A stretch of 64,000 nucleotides of DNA from an uncultured Myxococcales bacterium (GTDB taxonomy: Bacteria; Myxococcota_A; UBA9042), in assembly GCA_903929795.1 (NCBI GenBank), contig CAIYWC010000033.1:12724-76723 (forward strand), in the 5' to 3' direction. Positions 56,611-64,000 of this stretch are shown piece by piece. Within the stretch, counting starts at the first letter, position 1; every line of letters begins with the position of its first letter. Below the pieces are notes generated by a model that was given only the letters and a program-made list of their open reading frames with translations, did no database searches and had not been told where the DNA came from. Position numbers and translations under genes: made by a program.

Positions 56611-58542
56611 ATGACGCCGCTTCTCGTCCAACCCGAACGTCCGCGCAACGAGCCGGTGCTCTTGGCGCTCGCCGTTGCGCTGACCGTGCTCGGCGTGGCG
56701 CCGATCTGGATGTGCGACCTGCTGCCGCTGGTGGACATGGCGGCGCACCTGCACCTGATGACCGTCATGCACGACATGGCGCACTCGCCGTTGATTCAGC
56801 ATCATTATCAAGAAGTTCACGCGCTCGTGCCGTACCTCACGTACTACAAAGCGGTCGACTGGCTCGCCTACCTGATGACCGTCGAGCAGGCCAACCGCGT
56901 CGTCCTCACATTGACGGTCGCGGCAATGCCGTGGTCCGCGTATATCTACCTGCGCACCGTGGGCCATAGCCCGTGGCTGATGCTCGGCGTGTTACCCTGG
57001 CTGCTGCATTGCGATTTCTTCATGGGATTTTTCAGCTATTTGCTGTCGATTCCCGTCTTTTTGCTGATCCTCGCCGCTCACTTGCGCTGGCTCCAGTCGC
57101 CGACGCGCGCGCACGGGCTCGCACTCGCTGGGCTGCTTGGGCTGCTGGCGCTGACGCACTACCTGCTGTGGGCGGTCGCGCTGGTGCTGTTGCCGACGAT
57201 CGCCCTGGTCTTTGCCAGTCGCCAAGGCTGGCGCCGCGCCGTTGGCTGGCCGATCCGCGATTCACTCATGCTGCTGCCGTCGCTGGGGCTGCTACTGCCG
57301 TGGTTCCTGCGCTATTTCGTTTTTGCCGACGGCGTCAAGACGTCCGACGCCGCCATTCACCGCGTGGGCGGGACGTTCATGCAGCGGTTGTCCGCGGTCT
57401 ATCTGGGCGAACACATTGGACCTTTGGCGAATTTGCGGCAGATTCCCGACGTCATGTTCGACGCCGTCTACCGGGCCGATGCGATCACGTCGCTGCGCGA
57501 ACGTCCAGGCGAGCTGGTGACCGTCCTGTGGCTCGGTGCGCTCGTGCTTTGGCTCCTGGGCAGCGCGCGCACGCCCCGGTCCGTGGCGCGCGATGTCGTT
57601 CGTCCGCCCAACGGCGTGTCGGGCAGCGCGTATTCGGCTTGGGCCGTGGCGATTCTCGCGGTCGAGTATTTCCTGATGCCGCGCAACCTCACGCGGCCGA
57701 TTGCGCTGTACGGCGTGAACTTTCGGCTCGTCGAAGTCGCGATGGTGCTGCTGATTTGCGCGTTGCCGCTGGACCCACGCAGTCCGCCGCTGTCCGTTCG
57801 TTGGCGGGTCTGGGCAGGCGCGGCGTTGATGCTGGCCTGCGCCATCTTCTTGCCGATTCAAGTCTTGGCGGAGTTTCGCGCCGATCGCGCGCTGATGGGC
57901 GACATCCGCCAGGCGTATGACCACATCCCGCCGGGCCAACGCGTCCTGACGCTTCGCGGCCGCCGGCCAAGCCGCTGGTTTCTCTTCAATATTGGCGAGT
58001 ACTACGCGGTTTTTCGCCACGGCTACGTGCCATATTCGTTCGCGGATACGAGCTCCAAGCCGGTCGTTGTCAACCGGCGCACCGCGCTGCCGGCGCCGCC
58101 CGCGGTGGACCTCGAGTTTTTCAGCTGGCAGCAGCATGGGCGGTACTACGACTACCTCGTGCGCTTTGATGAGCCGGGGCTGGCGCATCCGTGGACGCCA
58201 GCCATGCCGAACCTGCCGGTGGTGTGGCGCGGCAAGGGCTGGACAGTTTGGCGCAACCCGCACCGGGAGGATTGGCCGCCGCCGACGTCGTCTGAGTACA
58301 CCGATCAGGCGCTGGCCGCGCTGCCACACGCCAGCCAAATGGCGATGACCGGCGAAGCGATGGCGCTTGCGGGCATGCCAGGGCCCTACGGGACGCCGGC
58401 TGAGGGCATGCTGGTGACAGTGACTGAATCGCTGCCGATCGCGTGGCCCAAACCGGTTGTGTTCACGCGCGAGCCCAAACCCGGGGCATGGCTGCCGCGG
58501 CTGCTCGGCCGGCCGATGGTCACGTCCCCGCCGCGCCCGTGA
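56611..58542 (+). CDS. Polytopic membrane protein, possibly a GT-C-type glycosyltransferase
   Basis: About 11 hydrophobic segments; LPLVDMAAH after TM1, PYLTYY, MGFFSYLLS; soluble C-terminal domain. Function is inferred. Confidence 0.6.
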   Translation: MTPLLVQPERPRNEPVLLALAVALTVLGVAPIWMCDLLPLVDMAAHLHLMTVMHDMAHSPLIQHHYQEVHALVPYLTYYKAVDWLAYLMTVEQANRVVLTLTVAAMPWSAYIYLRTVGHSPWLMLGVLPWLLHCDFFMGFFSYLLSIPVFLLILAAHLRWLQSPTRAHGLALAGLLGLLALTHYLLWAVALVLLPTIALVFASRQGWRRAVGWPIRDSLMLLPSLGLLLPWFLRYFVFADGVKTSDAAIHRVGGTFMQRLSAVYLGEHIGPLANLRQIPDVMFDAVYRADAITSLRERPGELVTVLWLGALVLWLLGSARTPRSVARDVVRPPNGVSGSAYSAWAVAILAVEYFLMPRNLTRPIALYGVNFRLVEVAMVLLICALPLDPRSPPLSVRWRVWAGAALMLACAIFLPIQVLAEFRADRALMGDIRQAYDHIPPGQRVLTLRGRRPSRWFLFNIGEYYAVFRHGYVPYSFADTSSKPVVVNRRTALPAPPAVDLEFFSWQQHGRYYDYLVRFDEPGLAHPWTPAMPNLPVVWRGKGWTVWRNPHREDWPPPTSSEYTDQALAALPHASQMAMTGEAMALAGMPGPYGTPAEGMLVTVTESLPIAWPKPVVFTREPKPGAWLPRLLGRPMVTSPPRP

Positions 58543-58545
58543 CAT

Positions 58546-58574
58546 TTGACAGCGGATGGCCAACCGTGCAAGCT
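58546..58574 (+). promoter_or_regulatory. Putative sigma70-type promoter of the rrf2 gene
   Basis: TTGACA-N17-CAAGCT, immediately followed by a palindrome. Confidence 0.5.
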
Positions 58575-58576
58575 GC

Positions 58577-58603
58577 AAAAGCCTACCGCGTTGGTAGGGA
58601 TTG
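58577..58603. promoter_or_regulatory. Putative Rrf2/CymR-like operator 1
   Basis: aaaagCCTACcgcgttgGTAGGgattg (perfect 5-7-5 core). Confidence 0.6.
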
Positions 58604-58616
58604 AGACCGAGGCCCC

Positions 58617-59123
58617 ATGCTGCCGATGAAGTCGCGTTACGCACTGAAAGCACTGGTGTTTTTGGCTCGGCATCAGGTAGATGGGCCAGTGCCCGTGGCG
58701 GGCATTGCCGCGGCCGAAGCGATCCCGACCAAGTTCCTGGAAGCGATTTTGCTCGAGCTGCGCAACGCGGGAATCCTGACAAGCCGGCGCGGGCCGACCG
58801 GGGGTTACCAGCTGCGGGTGGAGCCGAGCACGGTGCACCTCGGTGACGTGATCCGCAACCTGTCCGGGCCGATGGCGCCGCTGCCGTGCCTGTCAAAATC
58901 GGCCTACCATCGGTGCACGGAATGCGTGGATGAAGCGACCTGTGCCGTTCGCCTGCTGATGGCGGATGTGCACGCGCAGACGCTGCGCATCCTCGATGGC
59001 ACGACGCTCGCCCAGCTGGTGGCGCGGGTGGATGCCGCCGCGGCAGGCGAGGCGGAAGGTCAGTCGCAGCGCTGTCGCACGCCTGATGGGCCCGTGTCCG
59101 GCAAGCTCGACTTCATCGACTAA
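58617..59123 (+). CDS. Rrf2 family transcriptional regulator
   Basis: SRYALKAL, IPTKFLEAILLELRNAGIL, SRRGPTGGYQL, Cys cluster CLSKSAYHRCTECVDEATC. Confidence 0.94.
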   Translation: MLPMKSRYALKALVFLARHQVDGPVPVAGIAAAEAIPTKFLEAILLELRNAGILTSRRGPTGGYQLRVEPSTVHLGDVIRNLSGPMAPLPCLSKSAYHRCTECVDEATCAVRLLMADVHAQTLRILDGTTLAQLVARVDAAAAGEAEGQSQRCRTPDGPVSGKLDFID

Positions 59124-59179
59124 CGAAATTGCAGCGCTCTCGCAGCCGCGAAGCCAGCCGGAGTCAAGGTTATTTGCGC

Positions 59180-59206
59180 TAATTCCTACTTACACGATAG
59201 GTCATA
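59180..59206. promoter_or_regulatory. Putative Rrf2/CymR-like operator 2
   Basis: taattCCTACttacacgATAGGtcata, just before the porin ATG. Confidence 0.6.
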
Positions 59207-59211
59207 GAACA

Positions 59212-60609
59212 ATGAACAACAAAGCGGTAATCTTGTGTTTGGGGCTCCTTAGCGCTGGCTTTGCCCACGCCCAGTCGGCCGTGGCGCCTCCCGCCGAGGC
59301 GACGGTGACCAGCTTGGAGCACCGCGTTGCGCGTTTGGACGAGAAAGTGCGGCTGCTGGAGCGGCGGGCGGAGGTCGCGGAAGAGGTTGCGAACGCCCGC
59401 AATGCGGGTTCGCCGACCGCAGGCGATGACCTGGTGCTGAAGTCGGCCAACGGCGACCTCACGCTGCAGTTCAATGGCATCCTGCAGGCCGATGGTCGGC
59501 TCTTCCTCAACGACGAGGCGCGCAAGTACGCGGATACATTCACGCCGCGGACGATTCGGCCGATCTTCTCGGGTTCCTATGAGAACCTGCTGAAGTGGCA
59601 GTTCACGCCGGATTTCGGCGGCGGCGTTGCGACAATCCAGGACGCTTGGGTCGACCTACTGCTGGGTGGTCACGTGACGGTGCGCGTGGGCAAGATGACG
59701 GTGCCGTTTGGCCTGGAGCGCTGGCAAGGGACGGCGGCGCTGCGGTTCGTCGAGCGCGCGTATCCGACGCAACTGGCGCCCAACCGCGACGTCGGCATTC
59801 TCGTGTTCGGCGACCTGTTTGATAAGCGCGTCGGCTGGTCCCTCGGCGCGTTCGACGGCGGCATCGACAACAGCCTGACCGACACGGACAACAACGACTC
59901 CAAGGACGTCGTCGGGCGCATCTTCGCCCAGCCGTTTGCAACATTGGAAAATCCCTGGCTGAACTCGCTGCTGATCGGCGGTGCGTTCAGCTGGGGCGAA
60001 CAAAATGGCACGAACGCCGCGCCTGCGACACCGAGTTGGAAGACCCCCGGCCAGAACCAATTTTACGCGTTTCGCAGCAACGAACCCGGTCCGGCAGATG
60101 CCAAAGGCAACGCCACGACGCTCCCCAACCCGATCGCCAACGGCGCGCGCTGGCGGTGGACTGCGCACGCGTGGTGGACCGGCGGTCCGTTCGCATTCCT
60201 CGGCGAGTACACCGCCGTCAGCGAAGCGATGACGCGCGCAAGCGTCAGCGGCGACTGGAAATCCAGCGCCTGGCAGGGCGCGCTTTCGTGGGTCCTCGGC
60301 GGTCGGCCGCACTTTTCCGGCACGCGGGTCGAGGCGCCATTTCGCCTTGGCGCCGACGGCTGGGGCGCGTTCGAACTCGACGCCCGCGTCTCCAGCATCG
60401 CCACCGATTCTGCCAGCTACGCGACCTGGGCGGACCCGTCCAAGTCCGCGCGACAGGCCACCAGTTTCACCGGCGGCGTCCGCTGGCATCTCTCGGAACA
60501 CTACAGAATCTTTGTGGATTACGAGCACACGGTCTTTTCCGGCGGCGCGGCGAGCGGCGATCTCAAGCCCGAACAGGCCGTCCTCGGCCGGGTCCAGCTG
60601 GCGTATTGA
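59212..60609 (+). CDS. OprO/OprP-family anion-selective porin
   Basis: Signal peptide, N-terminal coiled coil, GILQADGR, QDAWVDL, VGKMTVPFGLE, NRDVG, FELDARVS, C-terminal RVQLAY. Confidence 0.88.
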   Translation: MNNKAVILCLGLLSAGFAHAQSAVAPPAEATVTSLEHRVARLDEKVRLLERRAEVAEEVANARNAGSPTAGDDLVLKSANGDLTLQFNGILQADGRLFLNDEARKYADTFTPRTIRPIFSGSYENLLKWQFTPDFGGGVATIQDAWVDLLLGGHVTVRVGKMTVPFGLERWQGTAALRFVERAYPTQLAPNRDVGILVFGDLFDKRVGWSLGAFDGGIDNSLTDTDNNDSKDVVGRIFAQPFATLENPWLNSLLIGGAFSWGEQNGTNAAPATPSWKTPGQNQFYAFRSNEPGPADAKGNATTLPNPIANGARWRWTAHAWWTGGPFAFLGEYTAVSEAMTRASVSGDWKSSAWQGALSWVLGGRPHFSGTRVEAPFRLGADGWGAFELDARVSSIATDSASYATWADPSKSARQATSFTGGVRWHLSEHYRIFVDYEHTVFSGGAASGDLKPEQAVLGRVQLAY

Positions 60610-60640
60610 GGCGCGCGACCCCGCTCGCGCCGGGCAGGCC

Positions 60641-60667
60641 AATTTGCTACTATGCCGATTGACATAC
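60641..60667. promoter_or_regulatory. Putative Rrf2/CymR-like operator 3 (degenerate)
   Basis: aatttGCTACtatgccgATTGAcatac, upstream of cysT; overlaps a TTGACA hexamer. Confidence 0.4.
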
Positions 60668-60779
60668 CCGCGCTGGGCATGAAACAAGTCAACCGTACCG
60701 TCAGCCAGCGCTTGCACCGACGCGTCCGCGCGCCTGCTGGTCGTTTGGGTCCGCGATTCGCTGAACCTCGGAGAACTGC

Positions 60780-61616
60780 ATGAGTTTCTGGCGAACCAAG
60801 CGCGCGCCGGCCGCGATGCCCGGGCTGGGCCTTTCGCTGGGGATCACGCTGACGTGGCTGAGCCTGATCGCGCTTATCCCATTGATTGCACTGGTAATTC
60901 GCGCGGGAAGTCTCGGCTGGCAGGGCTGGCTGGACGCGGTGACGGGCGAGCGCGTCTGGCTGTCGCTGCGGTTGAGCTTCGGCGCGTCGCTGATCGCCGC
61001 GGGGCTGGACACGCTCGCGGGGCTGCTGATCGCGTGGGTGCTTTGCCGCTACAAGCTGCCGTTCGCCGCTTTCTGGGATGTCCTGGTCGACCTGCCGTTC
61101 GCGCTGCCGACCGCCGTCGCCGGCTTCGCGCTGACGGCGCTGTGGGTGCCCGATGGTTGGCTCGGGCGGATGCTCGCGCCGCTGGGCTGGAAGATCGCGT
61201 TCGCGGAGCCCGGCGTGGTCGTGGCGCTGACGTTCATCGGCCTGCCATTCGTTGTGCGCACGGTCCAGCCCGTGCTGCAAAGCGCGGAGCGGGAGCTGGA
61301 GGAGGCCGCGGAGTCGCTGGGCGCCAGTCCGTCGCAGGTCGTCTGGCGCGTCGTGCTGCCGACGCTGCGCCCGGCGCTGTTGACGGGCTTCGCGCTCGCG
61401 TTCGCCCGCGCGGTCGGGGAGTACGGCTCGGTCATCTTCATCTGCGGCAACATCCCGATGAAAACCGAGATCACGCCGCTGCTCATCGTCTCGCGGCTGG
61501 AGCAGTACGACTACGCCGGCGCGACGGCGCTGGCCACGATCATGCTGGCGTTTTCCGCGGCGATCCTGGCGCTGCTGCAGGTGCTGCAAACCGGTCGGCG
61601 CGTGGCGCTGCGCTGA
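60780..61616 (+). CDS. cysT: Sulfate ABC transporter permease CysT
   Basis: LVDLPFALPTAVAG, FIGLPFVVRTVQPVL, ELEEAAESLGAS, GEYGSVIFI, KTEITPLLI, LEQYDY. Confidence 0.95.
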   Translation: MSFWRTKRAPAAMPGLGLSLGITLTWLSLIALIPLIALVIRAGSLGWQGWLDAVTGERVWLSLRLSFGASLIAAGLDTLAGLLIAWVLCRYKLPFAAFWDVLVDLPFALPTAVAGFALTALWVPDGWLGRMLAPLGWKIAFAEPGVVVALTFIGLPFVVRTVQPVLQSAERELEEAAESLGASPSQVVWRVVLPTLRPALLTGFALAFARAVGEYGSVIFICGNIPMKTEITPLLIVSRLEQYDYAGATALATIMLAFSAAILALLQVLQTGRRVALR

Positions 61617-61628
61617 CGGGGAGGTCCG

Positions 61629-62417
61629 ATGATTCGCATCCTGTTGATGTTTCTCGCCATGGCCTGGCTGACGCTGATGGTGCTGGCGCCGGTGGCGATC
61701 GTGCTGGCGGAGGCATTCAGCGCGGGCGTTGGCGCGTGGTGGACGGCGGTCAGCGATGACGAGACGCGCACGTCGGTCGCGCTTTCGCTCAAGGTCGCGG
61801 CGATCGTCGTGCCCTGCAACGCGGTTTTTGGCGTCGCCGCTGCTTGGGCGCTCGCGCGTTTTCGCTTTCCGGGCCGCGGGGTGCTGCTCGCGCTGCTGGA
61901 CTTGCCGCTGTCGGTGTCGCCGGTGGTGTCCGGCCTGGTGTTCGTGCTGTTGTTCGGCGCGCAAGGCTGGTTCGGATCGTGGCTGCAAGCTCATGACATT
62001 CAGGTGATTTTCGCGGTTCCCGGCATCGTGCTCGCGACGGCGTTCGTCACGCTGCCGATGGTGGCCCGTGAGCTGTTGCCGCTGCTGGAGTCACAAGGCC
62101 AGGACGCGGAGTTGGCGGCGCGCACGCTCGGCGCGTCGGGATGGCAGACTTTTTGGCGGGTCTCGTTCCCGCGCATGCGCGGCGCGCTGGCGTACGGCGT
62201 GTTGCTGTGCACGGCGCGCGCGCTCGGCGAATTCGGAGCAGTTTCAGTAGTTTCCGGCCACATTCGCGGCCAGACGGACACGCTGCCGCTGCACGTCGAG
62301 ATCCTGCACAACGAGTACCGCTTCCAGGCCGCATTTGCCGCTGCCTCGCTGCTCTTGCTCGTCGGCGTCGCCACGCTGCTGCTGCGGCGCCTGCACACGA
62401 CCGAATCGCCGCACTGA
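61629..62417 (+). CDS. cysW: Sulfate ABC transporter permease CysW
   Basis: DLPLSVSPVVSG, FVTLPMVARELLPLLESQG, ARALGEFGAVSVVSGHIRGQTDTLPLHVEILHNEY. Confidence 0.95.
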   Translation: MIRILLMFLAMAWLTLMVLAPVAIVLAEAFSAGVGAWWTAVSDDETRTSVALSLKVAAIVVPCNAVFGVAAAWALARFRFPGRGVLLALLDLPLSVSPVVSGLVFVLLFGAQGWFGSWLQAHDIQVIFAVPGIVLATAFVTLPMVARELLPLLESQGQDAELAARTLGASGWQTFWRVSFPRMRGALAYGVLLCTARALGEFGAVSVVSGHIRGQTDTLPLHVEILHNEYRFQAAFAAASLLLLVGVATLLLRRLHTTESPH

Positions 62418-62429
62418 CCGGAGCTTAGG

Positions 62430-63392
62430 ATGTCGATAGAAATACTCGGGATTAGCAAGAACTTTGGCGCATTCAAAGCGCTGGACGACGTCACGCTGAC
62501 CATCGGCAACGGCGAACTGCTGGCGCTGCTGGGTCCGTCCGGCTCAGGCAAGACGACGCTGCTGCGGGTGCTGGCGGGCCTGGAGCTGCCCGACGTGGGC
62601 AAAGTGCAGGAAAATGGTCATGATTTGACGTCGCTGGGTGCGCGGGACCGCAACGTCGGGCTGGTGTTTCAGCATTTCGCGTTGTTTCCGCATCTGGATG
62701 TTTTTGAAAATATTGCATTTTCCCTGCGAGTGCGCAACCGGCCGGCGGTCGAAGTCCAGACGCGCGTGGACGAACTGCTGCACCTGGTCCAGTTGGAAGG
62801 CCTGGCGCACCGGCGCCCGGCGGAGCTGTCCGGCGGCCAACGGCAGCGTGTGGCGTTGGCGCGCGCGCTGGCGGCCCGGCCGCGCGTGCTGCTGCTGGAC
62901 GAGCCGTTCTCCGCGCTGGACGCCAAAGTGCGCCACGAGCTGCGTGGTTGGCTGCGGCGTCTGCACGAAGAGCTCGGAACTACGACTGTTTTTGTCACCC
63001 ACGACCAGGACGAAGCGTTCGAGCTGGCCGACCGCGTCGCCGTCTTTCACCGCGGACGGATTGAGCAGCTCGGCACGCCGGACGAGATCTATGACGAGCC
63101 CAAGAGCCCGTTCGTGCTGGATTTTCTCGGTCACGTGCAGTGGCTGGAAGGCTTGGGGCTGGCCAAGATCGCCGTGCGCCACCGCGACGTGACGCTGCAT
63201 GCGACCGGCGAGGACGGCTGGGCTGCGCGCATCGTGCGCATTCACCGCACGGGCCCGCGCGTGCGCGTGGATTTGCAGTTGGAAGACGGTCAGCCGCTGA
63301 TCGCGGCGCTGGAGCCGCCCGCCGCGCAGGGTCTGACGGTCGGCCAGCGGGTGCGCGCGGTGGCGGAACGGCGGTACGCGTTCGCCGGCTGA
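62430..63392 (+). CDS. cysA: Sulfate ABC transporter ATP-binding protein CysA
   Basis: [41 protein letters not shown]. Confidence 0.95.
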   Translation: MSIEILGISKNFGAFKALDDVTLTIGNGELLALLGPSGSGKTTLLRVLAGLELPDVGKVQENGHDLTSLGARDRNVGLVFQHFALFPHLDVFENIAFSLRVRNRPAVEVQTRVDELLHLVQLEGLAHRRPAELSGGQRQRVALARALAARPRVLLLDEPFSALDAKVRHELRGWLRRLHEELGTTTVFVTHDQDEAFELADRVAVFHRGRIEQLGTPDEIYDEPKSPFVLDFLGHVQWLEGLGLAKIAVRHRDVTLHATGEDGWAARIVRIHRTGPRVRVDLQLEDGQPLIAALEPPAAQGLTVGQRVRAVAERRYAFAG

Positions 63393-63805
63393 CGGTTCGC
63401 TGGCGGAATTTCGCGGACTTCCGGCTTCGCCGGGGCCCTCCGCCCCCCAAAAGTGCCCTCCCCGCCGAAACGTCCACCTTTGAGCGGACGCACCACCACA
63501 CTGCGGTCCAGCGGCTTGCGCCGCCCCGCCCAACCTTTGGCGGCCTCGCGGGGTCCTTGTGTCCCGCTCGCCACCCGGCTTGGTTTGGTGGCTTGCAGCT
63601 GCCCCGCGCGCGCGCCCGGTGCCGCTACAAGCGCCGCGCCCGACATGCGCGACAGAGGATGTTCGTGCTTCTGTCACTTTTGCCGCGGCAAAAACTGCGC
63701 TGGCCGCCAAAAAGTTGCGCGCGCCGGGCGCCGGGTTTGCCGTCCAGCACCTTGAATCCGCGCGGCAACCCGACTACGTTGTCGCCCCCAAAGCTCGGAG
63801 CGACC

Positions 63806-64000
63806 ATGCCACAGCTCATGACCCTGACCCGCCAACTGACCTTCGCCACCAGCGCACCCGTCGCGGATGCGAACGGCCTGGTGATCGCCGGCGTCGTGCT
63901 GGCCGTTGTGGCTGTGGTGGCGTTCCTGCTGCTGCGCAAGCCCGCGTCGCGCCTGCCAAAATCCGCAGAGCAGCGGCCCGGTGCGGTGGCCCAGGATCAG
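63806..64000 (+). CDS. Partial membrane-anchored protein (5' fragment), identity not determinable
   Basis: GGAG RBS then ATG 63806; MPQLMTLTRQ...GLVIAGVVLAVVAVVAFLLLRKP; open to the window end. Confidence 0.6.
   Translation, partial: MPQLMTLTRQLTFATSAPVADANGLVIAGVVLAVVAVVAFLLLRKPASRLPKSAEQRPGAVAQDQ

Noticed and set aside
60679-60783. 34-aa ORF (MKQVNRTVSQ...) with ATGA overlap onto cysT, possible OscA/DUF2292-like leader
   Set aside because: No RBS, no similarity to DUF2292 that I can see, and cysT has its own GGAG RBS; likely chance.
63410-63600. RNase P RNA, SAM-I riboswitch or 6S RNA in the gap after cysA
   Set aside because: Only isolated fragments match (ACCCGGCTT, GGCGGAGGG); the other conserved blocks and the expected overall length and fold are missing.
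63806-64000. Calling the last partial ORF FtsY
   Set aside because: Only a TM anchor and linker are visible; no GTPase or NG-domain motif lies within the window.

Overview
High-GC window of myxobacterial/deltaproteobacterial character. The taxon is inferred from the many Cys-rich lipoproteins, the split atp operon and a TIGR04552-like gene. Housekeeping blocks: atpF'FHAGDC, lipB, rnb, recD2, mutS, comM-recA-ssb and an Rrf2-porin-cysTWA sulfate locus. These are interspersed with large secreted Cys-rich proteins. The most striking item is a tandemly duplicated three-gene module at 13.1-23.6 kb. It consists of a membrane-spanning Ser/Thr kinase-nSTAND1 NTPase-FGE-fold protein, an unknown beta-rich 240-264 aa protein, and a convergent caspase-fold (DUF4347-like) His/Cys protease. 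Non-coding signals read directly from the sequence: a c-di-AMP (ydaO) riboswitch before a KimA-like K+ transporter; a 75-105 bp structured intergenic repeat in three copies; a sigma54-type promoter before comM-recA-ssb; and three CCTAC-N7-RTAGG-like operators in the sulfate locus. No CRISPR array, tRNA, rRNA or transposase was recognised. All family assignments are motif-based by eye; no database search was run, and start codons were re-chosen from RBS and signal-peptide evidence.
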